64,000 nucleotides of DNA from Octopus sinensis (GCF_006345805.1 NC_043016.1:8246001-8310000); one strand, 5' to 3'; shown: positions 12,127 to 25,425, counted from the first letter of the stretch. Notes: generated by a model not told the origin, from the sequence alone. Program-made: numbers and translations.

Positions 12127-12478
12127 CAATGGCAATCCCTCAAGGTCGAGGATGATGGTCTTCACGCAAATTTACTGGTGAGTCCGTAGGTGACCGATAA
12201 GACCAATTCTTGCTTGAAAAGATCGGTCACAGTGCGGACATCTAGTGCCGGAAGGGAGAGTCGCACGTGGTTGTTGTTGGCACTCCTTCCGTCGTCGTCT
12301 TTTCTCCTCCAGCTCTGCAGACCCTTTCGACTTGAAAGTCGCCGTTCCTCATGGATGGTGGTTTTCCAGAGTGGCCTGTTTTTTTGCCGTTTCCTCCCAG
12401 TTAGTGAAGTCGATGTCACACTTTTTGAGGTTCGTTTTCAGGAGTCCTTGTAGCGTTTCTTCTGGCCTCCTTTCTGTT
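12127..12478 (-). mobile_element. RTE-clade LINE 3' end with a C-terminal C2H2 finger
   Basis: Frameshift-corrected translation GGQKKRYKDS.KTNLKKCDIDFTNWEETAK.RPLWK...CPHCDRSFQARIGLIGHLRTHQ*, followed by a short 3' UTR. Confidence 0.85.
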
Positions 12479-12522
<44 letters not shown>

Positions 12523-13288
12523 GTAGGTAGGATAAAAGCCAAGTTATGTCCTTTTGAAGAACATCTAATTCCAGTACTACAATCCAGCTCATAGTTGTTG
12601 TATTGATGTAAGGTACATCTCAGAGGTGAAAATTTTGCAAATATTGTTTTTGGAAGTATTATTATATAACAAAAGAAGAATTTTAAAAAATTTTTTTGGG
12701 AATATATTTGTTCACCATTACACATATTTCATTTACTAATAGGAATCAAAAAGTTGTATATGTTGGATAAACATGTAAGAAATTTCCCATTAGACTACCA
12801 AAAACATTTCCAACTTCCTGTTGTGTTCTTTAATAAACTCTGCAAACAATATTTCTAGAATTTTCAACTCTAATATGTACCCCCACATCAGTACGACAAT
12901 GGATTGTAATACCAGAATAAGCAGATGTGCTTCATGAGTACATAGCTTGGATTCCCCCCCACACACACACACACCTTTGTAACATACATAATCAGTCTGA
13001 TTAAATTTATTTAAGCACTTATAAACTGTTAACATCTAAAATGGAAAAGAAATACATTTTGATATTTCGCTGAAGGATATTTCCTATTCCAACTAAAGCT
13101 GAATATATGAAATTGTTAATTTACAGAACAAGTTCATTTATCATGCATATGCGATGGAAAGCATATTTCTTTGATAAAAACTCATACTTGGATTCTAAAA
13201 GAGAATCCACACACTATTTAGAATATTATTTTCAATCTCAAAAGAATTCACCACAAAACCAACATCATATATATGTTTGTGTGTGGTG

Positions 13289-13350
<62 letters not shown>

Positions 13351-13940
13351 GTGTGTATGAGATGATAAATACAAACAAATTAAAGAAGTATTTTGGCTAA
13401 TTATTCTAGTATTTTAATAATATACTAACATTTTTGTTTTTTTATATGTATTTAATGATAAGGAGCTTGTTAACGTAGATGATTAAAATCAACTCCTAGT
13501 GTCTTGGAGAATACTGGTTCATAATGCCCTCTTCATGGCTGTTTCTTCCTTCCCTTATTGGCAATAAACACTTGACTAATTTCGTGTTTCTTTAGCAAAG
13601 AACCTTCAGGTAGAATGAAGAATTCATTTGTGTTCTTTTAGCTAACATTGAAACTCAATTATTCTAAATTATCTTTAATTGCTATTAAGATGTTTATTTT
13701 AACCTCCTTAATAAACTCATGATTCTCTTTTTATTAATTTTAATTTTGTATATATATATATATATTTATTGTATAATGGAATTAGTGATATTCTTTAAAC
13801 TTATCGCAATTTCTTAAGATTTTTACCTACCAATCACGGGATGAATTTCATTAGTTCTCTTTGGTTTAGTGTGTGTGTGTGTGTGTACACACTTATATGA
13901 ATCTTTCTTTCAAATTCTCTGCCTGTGATTTTCTTTTACC

Positions 13941-14000
<60 letters not shown>

Positions 14001-14719
14001 TATCTATCTATCTATCTATTTATCTATCTCTTCCTCTGTTCCTCCATCTATCTCTTAGTATTTACTTCAATTTCTGTTACACTTTTTCTCTTCCTATGTC
14101 TTTGGCCATCTCTCTCCTCTCCTCTTCCAACTCTCTTCAGTTGTTTGTCTACTACCTGTCTACTACCTGTCTACCTACCTACCTGCCCTACCAACCTTAA
14201 AGTATACCTTTCTGTTAGTCTACCATTTTGATCTTCTTCCTTTCTCTCTTTCCCCACTTCCTCTCCATCGCACTATACATTTATTTGGCTGCTCTCTTCT
14301 TCTAGAGATCTTGAAGCTGTTTCCAAGTTCCATCCATTTTCTCTGCTTGTAAATATTGATTATCTTTGAGAAGATAACCAGCAGAAGGGAACAGACAGAC
14401 TATGTTAAAGGAATTTCACCAGAAATTATTCTACTGTAATGATATCATCATCATCATCATCATCATCACCAACAATACATTATTAATAGCATTAGTATCA
14501 GCTACTGTTGTTGTTGTTGATTGTGTGATGGTGGTGGTGGTGGTGGTGGTGGTGACAATTTTTGAGTTTGTCTGAAAGCTACAATTATGCAAGTGAGAGA
14601 TTTCATTGTCAACTGAATCCCCTTGTACATTACTGGTATTTTAATAACTGCTACCTCACTAACCTCTCCACCACCCCATCAAACAAACTGCATCCACAGA
14701 TGAATGGAAAGGTTAAATC

Positions 14720-15435
14720 CAGGGACATGCCACCTAGGTAGGTAAAGTAGGCAGTGCCTACCCTGAATAAAATAGATCGATAGCAACATTTTCCTTTTAT
14801 GGCAAAATATGCACCTAATTCAATAGATTTATGAAGGTTACTCTGATTATCATCATCATCATCATCGTCGTTTAACGTCCACTTTCCATGCTAGCATGTG
14901 TTGGACGATTTTGACTAAGGGCTGGCGAACCAGATGGCTGCACCAGGCTCCAATCTTGATCTGGCAGAGTTTCTACATCTGGATGCCCTTCCTAACGCCA
15001 ACCACTCCGAGGATGTAGTGGGTGCTTTTTATGTGCCACCGGCTCGGGGGGCCAGTTAGGCAGTACTGGCAATGACCTCGCTCAAATCTTTTTACACATG
15101 CCACCGGCACAGGTGCCAGTAAGGCGACGTTGGTAACCACCACGCTAGAATTACTATCCACAAAATGCAAAATTTTTTTTTTTTTTTTCTAGATTAGGTA
15201 GGCATAATTCACCCCTGCCTTTCAATCTTAATATTTAAGCAACGTATTGTAATGCAGTAGTACACATGCTGTGTGCATTCCTACAACACTGTTTTCTTTA
15301 CGTAATATAAAGGCAGAAGTAAATCTGCCTTCAACTCTGTCATGTGCCTGTGTTTTTGCTTATTTGTTTTGTGTGTTTTACTACATAAAGGTCACCGTCT
15401 GCCTACCCTGAGTAATTACTGATGGCACATGCCTG
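14720..15435. mobile_element. hAT-type non-autonomous DNA transposon with a nested family B SINE
   Basis: Exact 8-bp TSD GTTAAATC (14712-14719 and 15436-15443), imperfect TIRs CAGGGACATGCCA/TGGCACATGCCTG and subterminal TGCCTACCCTGA motifs. Confidence 0.85.
14846..15150 (-). mobile_element. SINE-like family B
   Basis: (CAT)n tail followed by sequence matching the 9918 copy. Confidence 0.85.
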
Positions 15436-15564
15436 GTTAAATCATTCTCAAGATGATATGAACTTAAAACGCAGCAGATATGAACCAGTCATTGTTACAG
15501 CATTTAAAAGTTGATTCTCTGTTACTTCTGCCTCAGCATCATATTAAAATAATAATAATAATAA

Positions 15565-16010
15565 TGGTTTCAAATTTTTCTGCAAGGGCAGCAATTTTTA
15601 GGGAGGGTTTGAGTTGATTACATTGACACCAATGCATAACTGGTACTAATTTAATCAACCCCGATGGTGGAATTTGACCCAGAATGTAACGGCAGACGAA
15701 ATACTGCTAAGCATTTTGCCCGGCGTGCTAACGATTCTGCCAGCTCACTGCCTTAATAATAATAATAATAATATACCAAATCCACTCATAAGGCTTTGGT
15801 CGGCCCAAGGCTATAGTAGAAGACACTTGCCAAAGGTGCCACGCAGTGGGACTGAACCTGGAACCATGTGGTTCGTGGGCAAGCTACTTACCAAATGGTT
15901 TCAAATTTTGCCTCAAGGGCAGCCATTTTGGGGGAGGGGATGAGTTGATTACATCAACCCCAGCCCCTAATTGGTTCTTATTTTATCAACCCCAAAAGGA
16001 TGAAAGGCAA
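15565..16010 (-). mobile_element. Cluster of family C and family A SINE fragments separated by (AAT)n
   Basis: Family C at 15565-15755 and 15896-16010, family A head at 15775-15893. Confidence 0.7.
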
Positions 16011-16787
16011 AAAATATTTAGATCTTCCTGACATGTCATCTCTGATTTAGCAAACTTTATGGTCAGAGACAGTCTAACCATGACCATCTTGTCTTTTCAG
16101 ATATAGTTTAGTTTAAACTACATACCAGATATGGCTCTCTTTTTTCTTTTTTTTTCCTGAGACGAGATGATCTTAGAGTATGATTTGAGGGCAGTTTTTG
16201 TTGTTATTTCTAGCAGGTTAATTGGCTCACCTTTTTTTTATCCACTGCCCCCACCTCCTTATAAATACAACATGGGGAAGGAAACATTTAACCATTCTGA
16301 TATTTAGAAGTCATGTTTGTATATGGTAGAATGTTGTATATTTAACTTTAGGTCAGTTCTGATCAAGCAGACCAATGATCAAAAATGTTCCAACGATGGC
16401 CATCCCGACTGTCTTTAAAATATCTAAGATTGCATTGTCCAATTGCAGATTAGAGAGAGATTTGATTGCTATTTTTTTTTTATCTTGTCATGTGAAGCCC
16501 ATCACCTTCCCCAACAAACCACCACTACCACTTCCTCAATGGATTTGCCTGTTGTCTATGATGAAAGACTAGGCATGATAGCTGTCTTTTATCACATATC
16601 TCACCACATTTGGTGGTCCATCCCATGTAATCTTGATTGGTGTTTTACAGCTGTTGAAATTTCTTTATCTGTCAAAAAGTTACCTGTTCTATCCCCAGAA
16701 GGAATTTTATTCAGCTTGTTTCCATTAGCATATTTGACAACAACCGATTTCAAATAAACCTGGAGTAAGAGATTTATTGATTGCAAC

Positions 16788-16850
16788 ATCTATCCATCCA
16801 TCTATCTATCTCTATCTGTCTATCTATCTATATCTATCTATCTATCTATC

Positions 16851-16946
<96 letters not shown>

Positions 16947-17028
16947 GTCTATCTATAAATCTATCTCTCTATCTATCTATATCTATATCTATCTATCTAT
17001 ATCTATCTATCTATCTATCTATATATAT

Positions 17029-17072
<44 letters not shown>

Positions 17073-17097
17073 TATATAGTGAGAGAGAGAGAGAGAG
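16788..17097. repeat. (TATC)n / (TA)n / (GA)n compound microsatellite
   Basis: Directly visible. Confidence 0.95.
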
Positions 17098-18124
17098 GTA
17101 GGTGTTTAGTTTGAAAACTGTTCTATAGAATTATATAGACTCTGGTTACGCCTCCATCAGATTATCTGGTCAGGAATTCTCTGCCTTTTGTTGACCATTC
17201 ACAATATTAAATCGTTTTTTGTGTATAGTGGATGGAAGTTGAGTGGTAGTGGTAGGAAACTGTTGTTTGTGTTTACCTGAGGTCAGACCTTCCAGTCAAT
17301 CTATATATGACGTGTAGATTCAAACAACTAGACATCTTTCAAAGATCTATTGGCTTTGATAAATACCATGCTGCTGGTATTTACAAAGAAGCACATACTA
17401 TGCATTCCAAAATGTAACAAAGATGTAAGTGACAACAGTCAGGAATGCTTCAGAAGAGATGACATGATGTGAACGACCAGTTCCAAGGAGCAGAGGCCAT
17501 TATAATAGCAGTGTAGGAGGTAGATAGAGGAGACAGTGCATGTCTTTGAATAACTTTATGGCAATCAATTAGATGTCATTTTTCTGGGTGCAGTCAGTCT
17601 AGGATAAAAAGGTGTTAATTAGTTAATAAATTATTTAATTGCTGATTGGTTTCTCAATTTTTTTTTTATAATTGTGGCCTTTTCAGTGCCCACTTCTTTC
17701 TGTAAAACATTCTGTGTGTGTATGTGTGTAATAATAATGATAACAATTATAATAGAAATATTGTTATTCCAATACCATCGACTAAATACACTTTTATTGA
17801 CTGGTTAACCTTATCGTTACTAAAACACTTTCAGTTATGTACTTACATGTGATAGAGATAGATAGACAGACAGACAGATATAGAAAGATAGACAGTTAGA
17901 GATATATGTGTGTGTGTGTGTGCGCGTATAGATATATATATATGTGTGCGTGTGTCTATATATATGTTTGTATATATATATATATACACACACATACACG
18001 TGTGTGTGTGTGTGTGTGTGTGTGTCTATATATATGTATATATATATATACACACACACACACAAACACATAGATCGTTAGGCACTACACACATTTTTTT
18101 TCTCTCCTTGTTTTTTCTGTGTCC

Positions 18125-18160
18125 CTTTCTGTAGAAGAGCGTAGACTCGAAACGTAAAAG
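18125..18160 (+). ncRNA. Minimal hammerhead-ribozyme-like motif (variant core)
   Basis: CTTT-CTGTAGA-A-GAGC-GTAG-ACTC-GAAAC-GTA-AAAG. Confidence 0.45.
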
Positions 18161-18244
18161 ACTTTTTCTATTCCTGAGCATTATACTAATTCATCTGTTT
18201 GTTTAGTACACCACCTGTCTTCGTCTTTTGTTTTTTTTTTTTGT

Positions 18245-18279
<35 letters not shown>

Positions 18280-19060
18280 ATAGTATATATATAATATATA
18301 TATATATATATGTATACAGGCATAACTAAAAGAACACATGCCCCACATGTTGATCACTAATAACATTGCAGTGTAATACCTCTTACTGTAGATACTACTG
18401 CAAGATGCATTGAATGTTGCAGAAGTTATGACATTTCCCAAGAACAAACAATGCTGCACGTGTTTGTAGCGGAGAGTAAAGAGTAAAGGAAGAAAAATTC
18501 ATGGAATGTTGACTAAAATATGAAATATTCTTTGTAAAGCTTTCTAAACCTTAGCTGAAGTTCTGAATTTCTATCTTGTGTTAATTAAAAAGGAAGCTTT
18601 TTCTAGAACAGGCTGAATTCTTTCATGAAGTCCCAACAAACGTTTCTTTGTAGCACATCGTTTTACCCCTGATTTCCTTCCACAATGCTCATTAAATTCT
18701 TCACAAAAACTTCCTTTTTACGTTTTAGTTATGATATCAGTTTTGCAACGTTGAGACTAGACAGAGGTGCAGAGAGGGTAGCACGAATGTGCTAGAAACT
18801 TCATTTCGTGCCGCAGAAAACTGTACCGAAGTTTATGTATGCAAGTGTGTTTGTGTATAAATGGGATGATCATCCTTTTTTCTGTTGCAAGGTTTTATAT
18901 GCCCTAATATTAGACTGTTTTCTGTAGTCAATTTACTGAATGCTTGTAATTCTATTTACAAAAATATATAACACCAGGTTATTAGCATATCACAATGCCT
19001 AAACAGTATTTTATATATATATATATATTATATATATGACATTAGATGATGATGATGAAA

Positions 19061-19112
<52 letters not shown>

Positions 19113-19180
19113 GACTGCATGTCTATCGTTGGCGATTTTCTTTCTCTGTCTTCCCTTCTTGGACTTTATCTTTTTTCCTA

Positions 19181-19214
19181 TATTCTGATGAAGAGCTCCG
19201 CTCAAAACATGACA
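19181..19214 (+). ncRNA. Decayed hammerhead-like motif with a canonical CUGAUGA box
   Basis: TATT-CTGATGA-A-GAGC-TCC-GCTC-AAAAC-ATG-AC. The GAAA and GT positions are altered at CpG sites. Confidence 0.4.
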
Positions 19215-19248
19215 TCTCTTTCTTATGTATGTATATGTATGTATGTAG

Positions 19249-19323
<75 letters not shown>

Positions 19324-19486
19324 TATGATGTATATATATATATATGTAGTATATATATATATGTATGTATGTATATATATATATATATGTATGTATATAA
19401 TATATATATGTATGTATATATATATATATATGTATGTATTATATATATATATGTATGTATATATATATATATATATGTATATATAT

Positions 19487-20148
19487 AATACTTTGATACT
19501 TTGATGCTTTGATAGGTTTCGGCCATTATTGGCCCAGGCCATGTCTAACTTAATAGCACCACCTGGTGAAGTCTTTCAAGTCAGAATTTGGGCACTATGG
19601 CCACTCAAGTAGAGAGTTATTGTTTACAGAGACATATCGGGGTGTGTAGGGGTTTATCCGGGATTTCTTGAAGGAATCTGTCCAAAGACTTCTTGAACCC
19701 TATAGGGTCAGTTTCTGTTTAATGTGTTTTTGTGTTGTAATGTTAAGAGAGCGGGGCCAATTGAGGTGAAATAATTGTGCCGTATTGTGTTATGAGATGA
19801 GAGTGCGATTTTTGTTTTGGGCGGATGGCACGGGGCCAAGCCTGGATGTACCTTAAAGGTGATGCCAACATCATTTGGGCAATGCTGATGGAATTATTTT
19901 CCACATCATGCAGATGATGTAGCGCTCACGACGACGTTGGAGAGAATAGAGTTTTAGCTTTTCTAGTCGACCCCAATAGTCGAGGCCTGTCATGCCATCT
20001 ATCTTTTTTGTGATTGCCCTTGAGGGCTTCGACTTTTTTGATACCTTGTATTGTGTGGGGAGACCACAGTGGACAACAGTATTCAAGGTGGGGTCGGGCA
20101 AAAGTGGAGAAGAGAAGGATATGGTGTGGATATCTCTCGACTGTTGTG
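19487..20148 (-). mobile_element. CR1-group LINE 3' fragment
   Basis: Translation [14 protein letters not shown]...[39 protein letters not shown] (frameshifted). The 3' tail is an 8-bp repeat (ATCAAAGT)n. Confidence 0.85.
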
Positions 20149-20149
20149 T

Positions 20150-20279
20150 TATATATATATATATGTATGTATGTATATATATATTGTATATATATATATA
20201 TATGTGTGTATATATATATATATAATGTGTGTGTGTATGTATATATATATATATGTGTGTGTATGTATATATATATATG

Positions 20280-20316
<37 letters not shown>

Positions 20317-20510
20317 GCATATATATGTATATGTATGTATGTATATATGTATGTTTATGTGTATATATGTATGTATATATATGTATGTTTATGTGTATAT
20401 AGTATGTATATATATATGTATATGTATGTATATATATATGTATGTATATGTATGTATATGTATGTATGTATGTATATGTGTGTGTATATATATATATATA
20501 TATATAGATA
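20150..20510. repeat. (TA)n/(TATG)n microsatellite
   Basis: Directly visible. Similar tracts lie at 19240-19486, 20820-21165, 23410-23725, 46915-47175 and 58630-58790. Confidence 0.95.
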
Positions 20511-21119
20511 GATACATTGCAGGCTTGGAAAGTATCTAGGAAGACATCTTTCACATCTGATGACAGACTAGGAACATTCCTAGATATGTTGGAAATGGTG
20601 ATGCCACAGAGGAATGATACTAACAAGAACATGTGTGTGTGTGTGCAGGGAAGGGTCATGAATGATTTCCATCCTGTAACTCTGCTTGAACATAGAGCTT
20701 AAGATTTAGTCAAAGTGCTGGTGAAGAAGTTGGCGCTAGGTTGCACGTTTGGTTTTCATGTTCTCTGTGTCATGGACTTTACTCTCTAAGTTAGTCATTT
20801 GGTAGACTCGCTGCTGAGTGATATATTATATAGTACATATGTGTATGTATCTATGTATGTATATACATGTGTATATTCATATGCATATATATATGTATGA
20901 GTATATATGGCAGGCATATGTATATAGTATGTGTAAATATGTATGTGTGTGTATATATATAATGTATATGTCTATTATATATATATATATGTTTGCATAT
21001 TTAATGTGTGTATATATATATAATACATATATATATATATATATGCATGCATGCAATAGTATATATGTATTGTGTATATATGGTGTGCATCTATGTATAT
21101 ATGTATCTGTATGTTATGA

Positions 21120-21166
<47 letters not shown>

Positions 21167-22265
21167 TAGAAATGCATAATGTATAGCTATGTGTATGTTA
21201 AATATGTATATGTGTCTGTATACACACATATGCATAGTGTATATAAATATACTCTCACGTGTGTGTGTGAGTGTCATTCATATATTTCATACACATTTGC
21301 AAAATTTTTAGCTTTTCAGAATAAAGTATCCAAGCCCAAACAAAAGAATGCAGTTTGATTTCAGTCTAGACATTTATTTGTTCTTCAATGTTTTGTTCCC
21401 TACTAATTAATTAGCTTGGCTGATGATTAGCATTATTTGTCTTTAAAACTTAGAACATTAAATGTGTATATACACATTAAAACATGCGATAGTTAAAACT
21501 ATATTAAATTTTTGTCTTAAATATGAAATCCTTGGATTTTACTTATTCAAATTAGCTTTATGCTTTTCTGAAGTTTTATTTTTTTTTTTTTCCACACCAG
21601 CTTTGTGCTTAATGCTTTCAACCTCAGCCCACCAGCCACCAACCACCAACACCACTACCATTATCATAATTATCATCATTATCGTCTTTATCTTCATTGT
21701 TCTCATTTTTGTTGAGCAGAAGGTGTTTTTTTTTTCTCCAGCAGACATAAAACTTAGACATACACAAAAACAGTTGAAGATATTTATAGCTTATAAATAT
21801 ATATCTATATATCTATATATATATATACATACATTTGTGTGTATATATATATATGTGTGTGTGTTCAATATGAGCAACCATTAATCCAGACAGTTTTTTT
21901 CCCCTTCTGTTTCTTTTCCTCTCTCCATTCTTTTCTTTCCACATTCCTTTCTTTAGGCTCAAAATGTCAAAGACTTATTCCATCTTCCTGAACGTCAAAT
22001 TAATACACCTTGTTTGTCGTTCCCTCACCTGTCTCTGTCTTTTGTTTTGTTTTTTTGTTTTTCATATAATTTTGAACTCAATGTGTGTGTAATCGGGCTT
22101 TTTTCCGTAAACTAAACCTTAACATTTTCATGTCATAACATTATCTGATATATATATATATATTATATATATATATATATATATATGAACGTATGTATGT
22201 TTGTGTATGTGTATATATATACATATATATGAACGTATGTATGTTGTGTGTGTATATATATTATA

Positions 22266-22658
22266 CTAGCAGTATCACCCGGCGTTGCTTGGGTTTGTAA
22301 GGGAAATAACTATATAAGCATTTTTAGAGAGTTATAGCAAAAAATAGCAAAAAAATGCATTAAAAATGGAAAAAAATTGTGGTAAATTTTTTTTTTAATC
22401 GTTGACTCATCGTAGACATTTTTAGAGAGTTACTTCCCTTATATTAAAAAAAATATGCATTAAAAATGGAAAAATGATGGTAAATTACTTTTAAAATCGT
22501 AGACTCATTGTAGATCGCACTAATACCCAGAAGGGCTCGATATGAATCACGACTATAAGATACCTGGTTTTTTGGTTAAACTGCACCGCAAAATGTGGAG
22601 AGTGTAGGAATCTAAATCGGAGTAGACAGACACACAACCTTACTTTTATATATAAAGA
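22266..22658 (-). mobile_element. Non-autonomous Helitron
   Basis: Minus strand begins A|TCTTTATATATAAAAG and ends with the hairpin CCCAAGCAACGCCGGG then CTAG|T. Inserted between A and T with no TSD. Confidence 0.9.
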
Positions 22659-22669
22659 TATATGTAAGT

Positions 22670-23111
22670 GTGGAGTTGAGTGAAAGCGTTTGTAGAGGCA
22701 AAGATAACACATGCAAGACTCAAAAGAGATTTAAGGAAGGATGTTATGGTCGAGAAGGTGAATCACAATGACCTTTTTGTGTGCACAGTTTGTGACGGAA
22801 CATGCCTTTCTTTTGCTGGGCCCAAATCTCATTTGTGAACCTATGGAAAACGAACCTCTACTAACTATTCTATGTATATGTCTGTGCACACCTTTCAATG
22901 CAATGTATGCCAGAAGGACTGCAAATCCAACGGTGGCCTCAAAAGACATTTTAAGATTCACAAAGAACTTATCTGCAGCTCTTGGTAGTCCAAATCAGCA
23001 TTGCAATCTATGTACGTCTTTTCAAAACATAGTCTGATTTAAAACGCCACATCAAATGCCATGGTGGTTTTGGGGTGTAGGTACAGGAGGGGGTCATACT
23101 CTGCATAAGGA
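22670..23111 (+). mobile_element. Decayed RTE-like LINE 3' end with three C2H2 zinc fingers
   Basis: FVEAKITHARLKRDLRK...FVCTVCDGTCLSFAGPKSHL*TY...FQCNVCQKDCKSNGGLKRHFKIH...HCNLCT/FKT*SDLKRHIKCH, with stops and frameshifts. Truncated by the assembly gap. Confidence 0.7.
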
Positions 23112-23211
23112 NNNNNNNNNNNNNNNNNNNNNNNNNNNNNNNNNNNNNNNNNNNNNNNNNNNNNNNNNNNNNNNNNNNNNNNNNNNNNNNNNNNNNNNNN
23201 NNNNNNNNNNN
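23112..23211. other. Assembly gap (100 N)
   Basis: Run of N. Confidence 1.
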
Positions 23212-23325
23212 AAGAATTTCATAGAATACTTTATCCACAGCACAAACACCTCTAAAACATAATCAGACACAGACATTCAGAAACAAGTGACAACACACCC
23301 ACACCCACCACACACACACACCACA

Positions 23326-23356
<31 letters not shown>

Positions 23357-23409
23357 ATGTATGTATATACATTAGATATATATAAATACACTATATACAG
23401 TAAACAAAG

Positions 23410-23447
<38 letters not shown>

Positions 23448-23666
23448 GTATATATATATATATATGTATATATGTAATATATATATATATATGTATGTAT
23501 ATATATGTATATATATATATGTATGTATGTATATATATGTATGTATGTATAATATATATATATGTATGTATATATATATATGTATGTATGTATATATATG
23601 TATGTATATATAGTATATGTATATATATATGTATATATATATGTATGTATATATATATATGTATAT

Positions 23667-23699
<33 letters not shown>

Positions 23700-24014
23700 G
23701 ATATATATATATTATTATATATATACACCAACACAGATAAAGAGAGAGAGAGAGAGAGAGGGGAAAGATGAGACTCATCTAAAACAAATGTCATTCATAA
23801 ATCATGAAATTACATAAGATATACACACACACACACACACACACACAAGGAGACACATACACAATCCATACACACACACACACACAAAACAAAACACTAA
23901 TATTTTCTTTTAATTCAGAAGATTACTTAAAAGAAAATACCATTGTGTGCGTGTGTGTGTGTTTGTGTCTTTGATATGAATTACTCAGTGTCAAAGCATA
24001 GTATGTGCGTGAGT

Positions 24015-24045
<31 letters not shown>

Positions 24046-24338
24046 CTCACGCGTGCACATTTTTGTGTGTACTGAAAGTTCGTTCTTTTTGTTTTCTTTC
24101 TCTTTCAGAGACAGCAACGACTTCTTTTTTTTGCCGTGTCAGAATTCTTCTGTTTTGAGGTCTCTGGGAGTCAGATTCCCCTCGACATTTTTCATGTATC
24201 TTGGCTTACGACTAAGAGTACATGGTTCAAAACATTTTTATTGCGACACTGTATAGTTTTAATACTTAAACCAACCAACGGTAATCAACAAACAAAATTT
24301 TACTACTAAGGTAGTCATAGTGAAATCTACTCCATATG

Positions 24339-24702
24339 TAGGCGTGGCTGTATGTTAACAGGTTTGTTTCCCAACCACGGGGTTCTGGGTTCAGTCCCAC
24401 TGTGTGGTACTTTGGGCAAGTGTCTTCTATCACCTCAGGTCGACTAAAGTCTTGTGAATGGATTTGGTAGACAGAAACTGAAAGAAGTCCAAATATATAT
24501 ATATATATATTTGTTTGTGTGTGTATTTGTCACCCACCACCGCTTGTCTCTTTAACTTAGTAGTTCATCAAAAAGAAACCAATAGAATAAGCACCATGTT
24601 TAGAAGAACAAAAAAGTCCTGGGGTTGATTTGACTGAAAAATATTCTTCAAGGCAGCACCCCAGCATAACCACAGTCTAATGACTTAAACAGGATAAAAG
24701 AT
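24339..24702 (+). mobile_element. SINE family A (diverged)
   Basis: Head GGCGTGGCTGTATG...GGGTTCAGTCCCACTG and matching tail. Confidence 0.8.
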
Positions 24703-24736
24703 CTTATTTTGTCGTGCATTATCTATCTGCCTGTCT

Positions 24737-25425
24737 ATCTTTTACTTGCTTCAGTTATTGGACGGCAGCCATGTAGGGGTTACTATCTTAAAGGGTTTAT
24801 CTAAACAGATTGACTCAGTACTATTCATTCATGTCTGGTTCTTATTCTGCGTTTCTTCTTTTGCAGAACCATTAATGCCATGGGACTATAAACAAACCAA
24901 CACCGGTTGTCAAGTGCTTGTGGTGGTGGAGACAAACACAAACACACACGTATATACAATAGGCTTCCACTCATTTTCCGTGCACCAAATTCACTCAGAT
25001 GGCATCGGTTCACCTGGCACTATAGTACTTACTTACTTGTACTTGTACTTGTGACAGCGTTCACCCAGGGCGCGGTTGAGCCGGCTTCTTCTCTCATAGA
25101 AGTTTCGTGGGAATATTGAATTCACAAGCGGCCCCGACATCCCACATGCATATCCCGAGTGATGGGACGCCCTGTTTGCTGCGGAGTCTCCACAGACGCA
25201 GGGAGAGAACGACCTCAAAGCCGCCGGTTGCTGATCAGACGCCTCTTGGAATTTTCACCAGGCTGTGGCCCTAATACCGCTCGATGCCAGACCAATCCAC
25301 CTTGGGTGGCCCTACCAGGAACCGAAGTCCCCGACGGTATAGCTCTGACACTGCCTGTTTACACCACCCTACCGCTTTGAGGAGGGGTTGGACTTTAGGG
25401 CACTATAGTAGGAGGCATTTAACCA
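24737..25425 (-). mobile_element. SINE family A (diverged) hosting a 371-bp insertion
   Basis: Family A body is interrupted at its CTATAGTA site. Confidence 0.7.
25028..25398 (-). mobile_element. Short GC-rich non-autonomous retroelement (RTE 5'UTR-like head, (AAGTAC)/(AAGT)n tail)
   Basis: 12-bp TSD GGCACTATAGTA at 25016-25027 and 25399-25410. The motif AGCTATACCGTCGGGGACTTCGGTTCCTGGTAGGGCCACCCAAGG resembles RTE 5' UTRs (recalled). Confidence 0.75.

Noticed and set aside
16605-16759. Minus-strand candidate exon (CTCCAG|...|GTGAGA, VYLKSVVVKYANG...)
   Set aside because: Open only as phase 0, which is incompatible with the phase-1 donor at 54008. No recognisable homology.
20515-20817. Cys/His-containing minus-strand fragment as a PHD or integrase zinc finger
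   Set aside because: A consistent motif could not be reconstructed. Probably TE debris of unknown class.
19119-23817. Many long ORFs rich in Y/I/C/V/H/T
   Set aside because: These are translations of (TA)n/(TG)n microsatellites that lack stop codons, not genes. The same applies to similar ORFs throughout the window.
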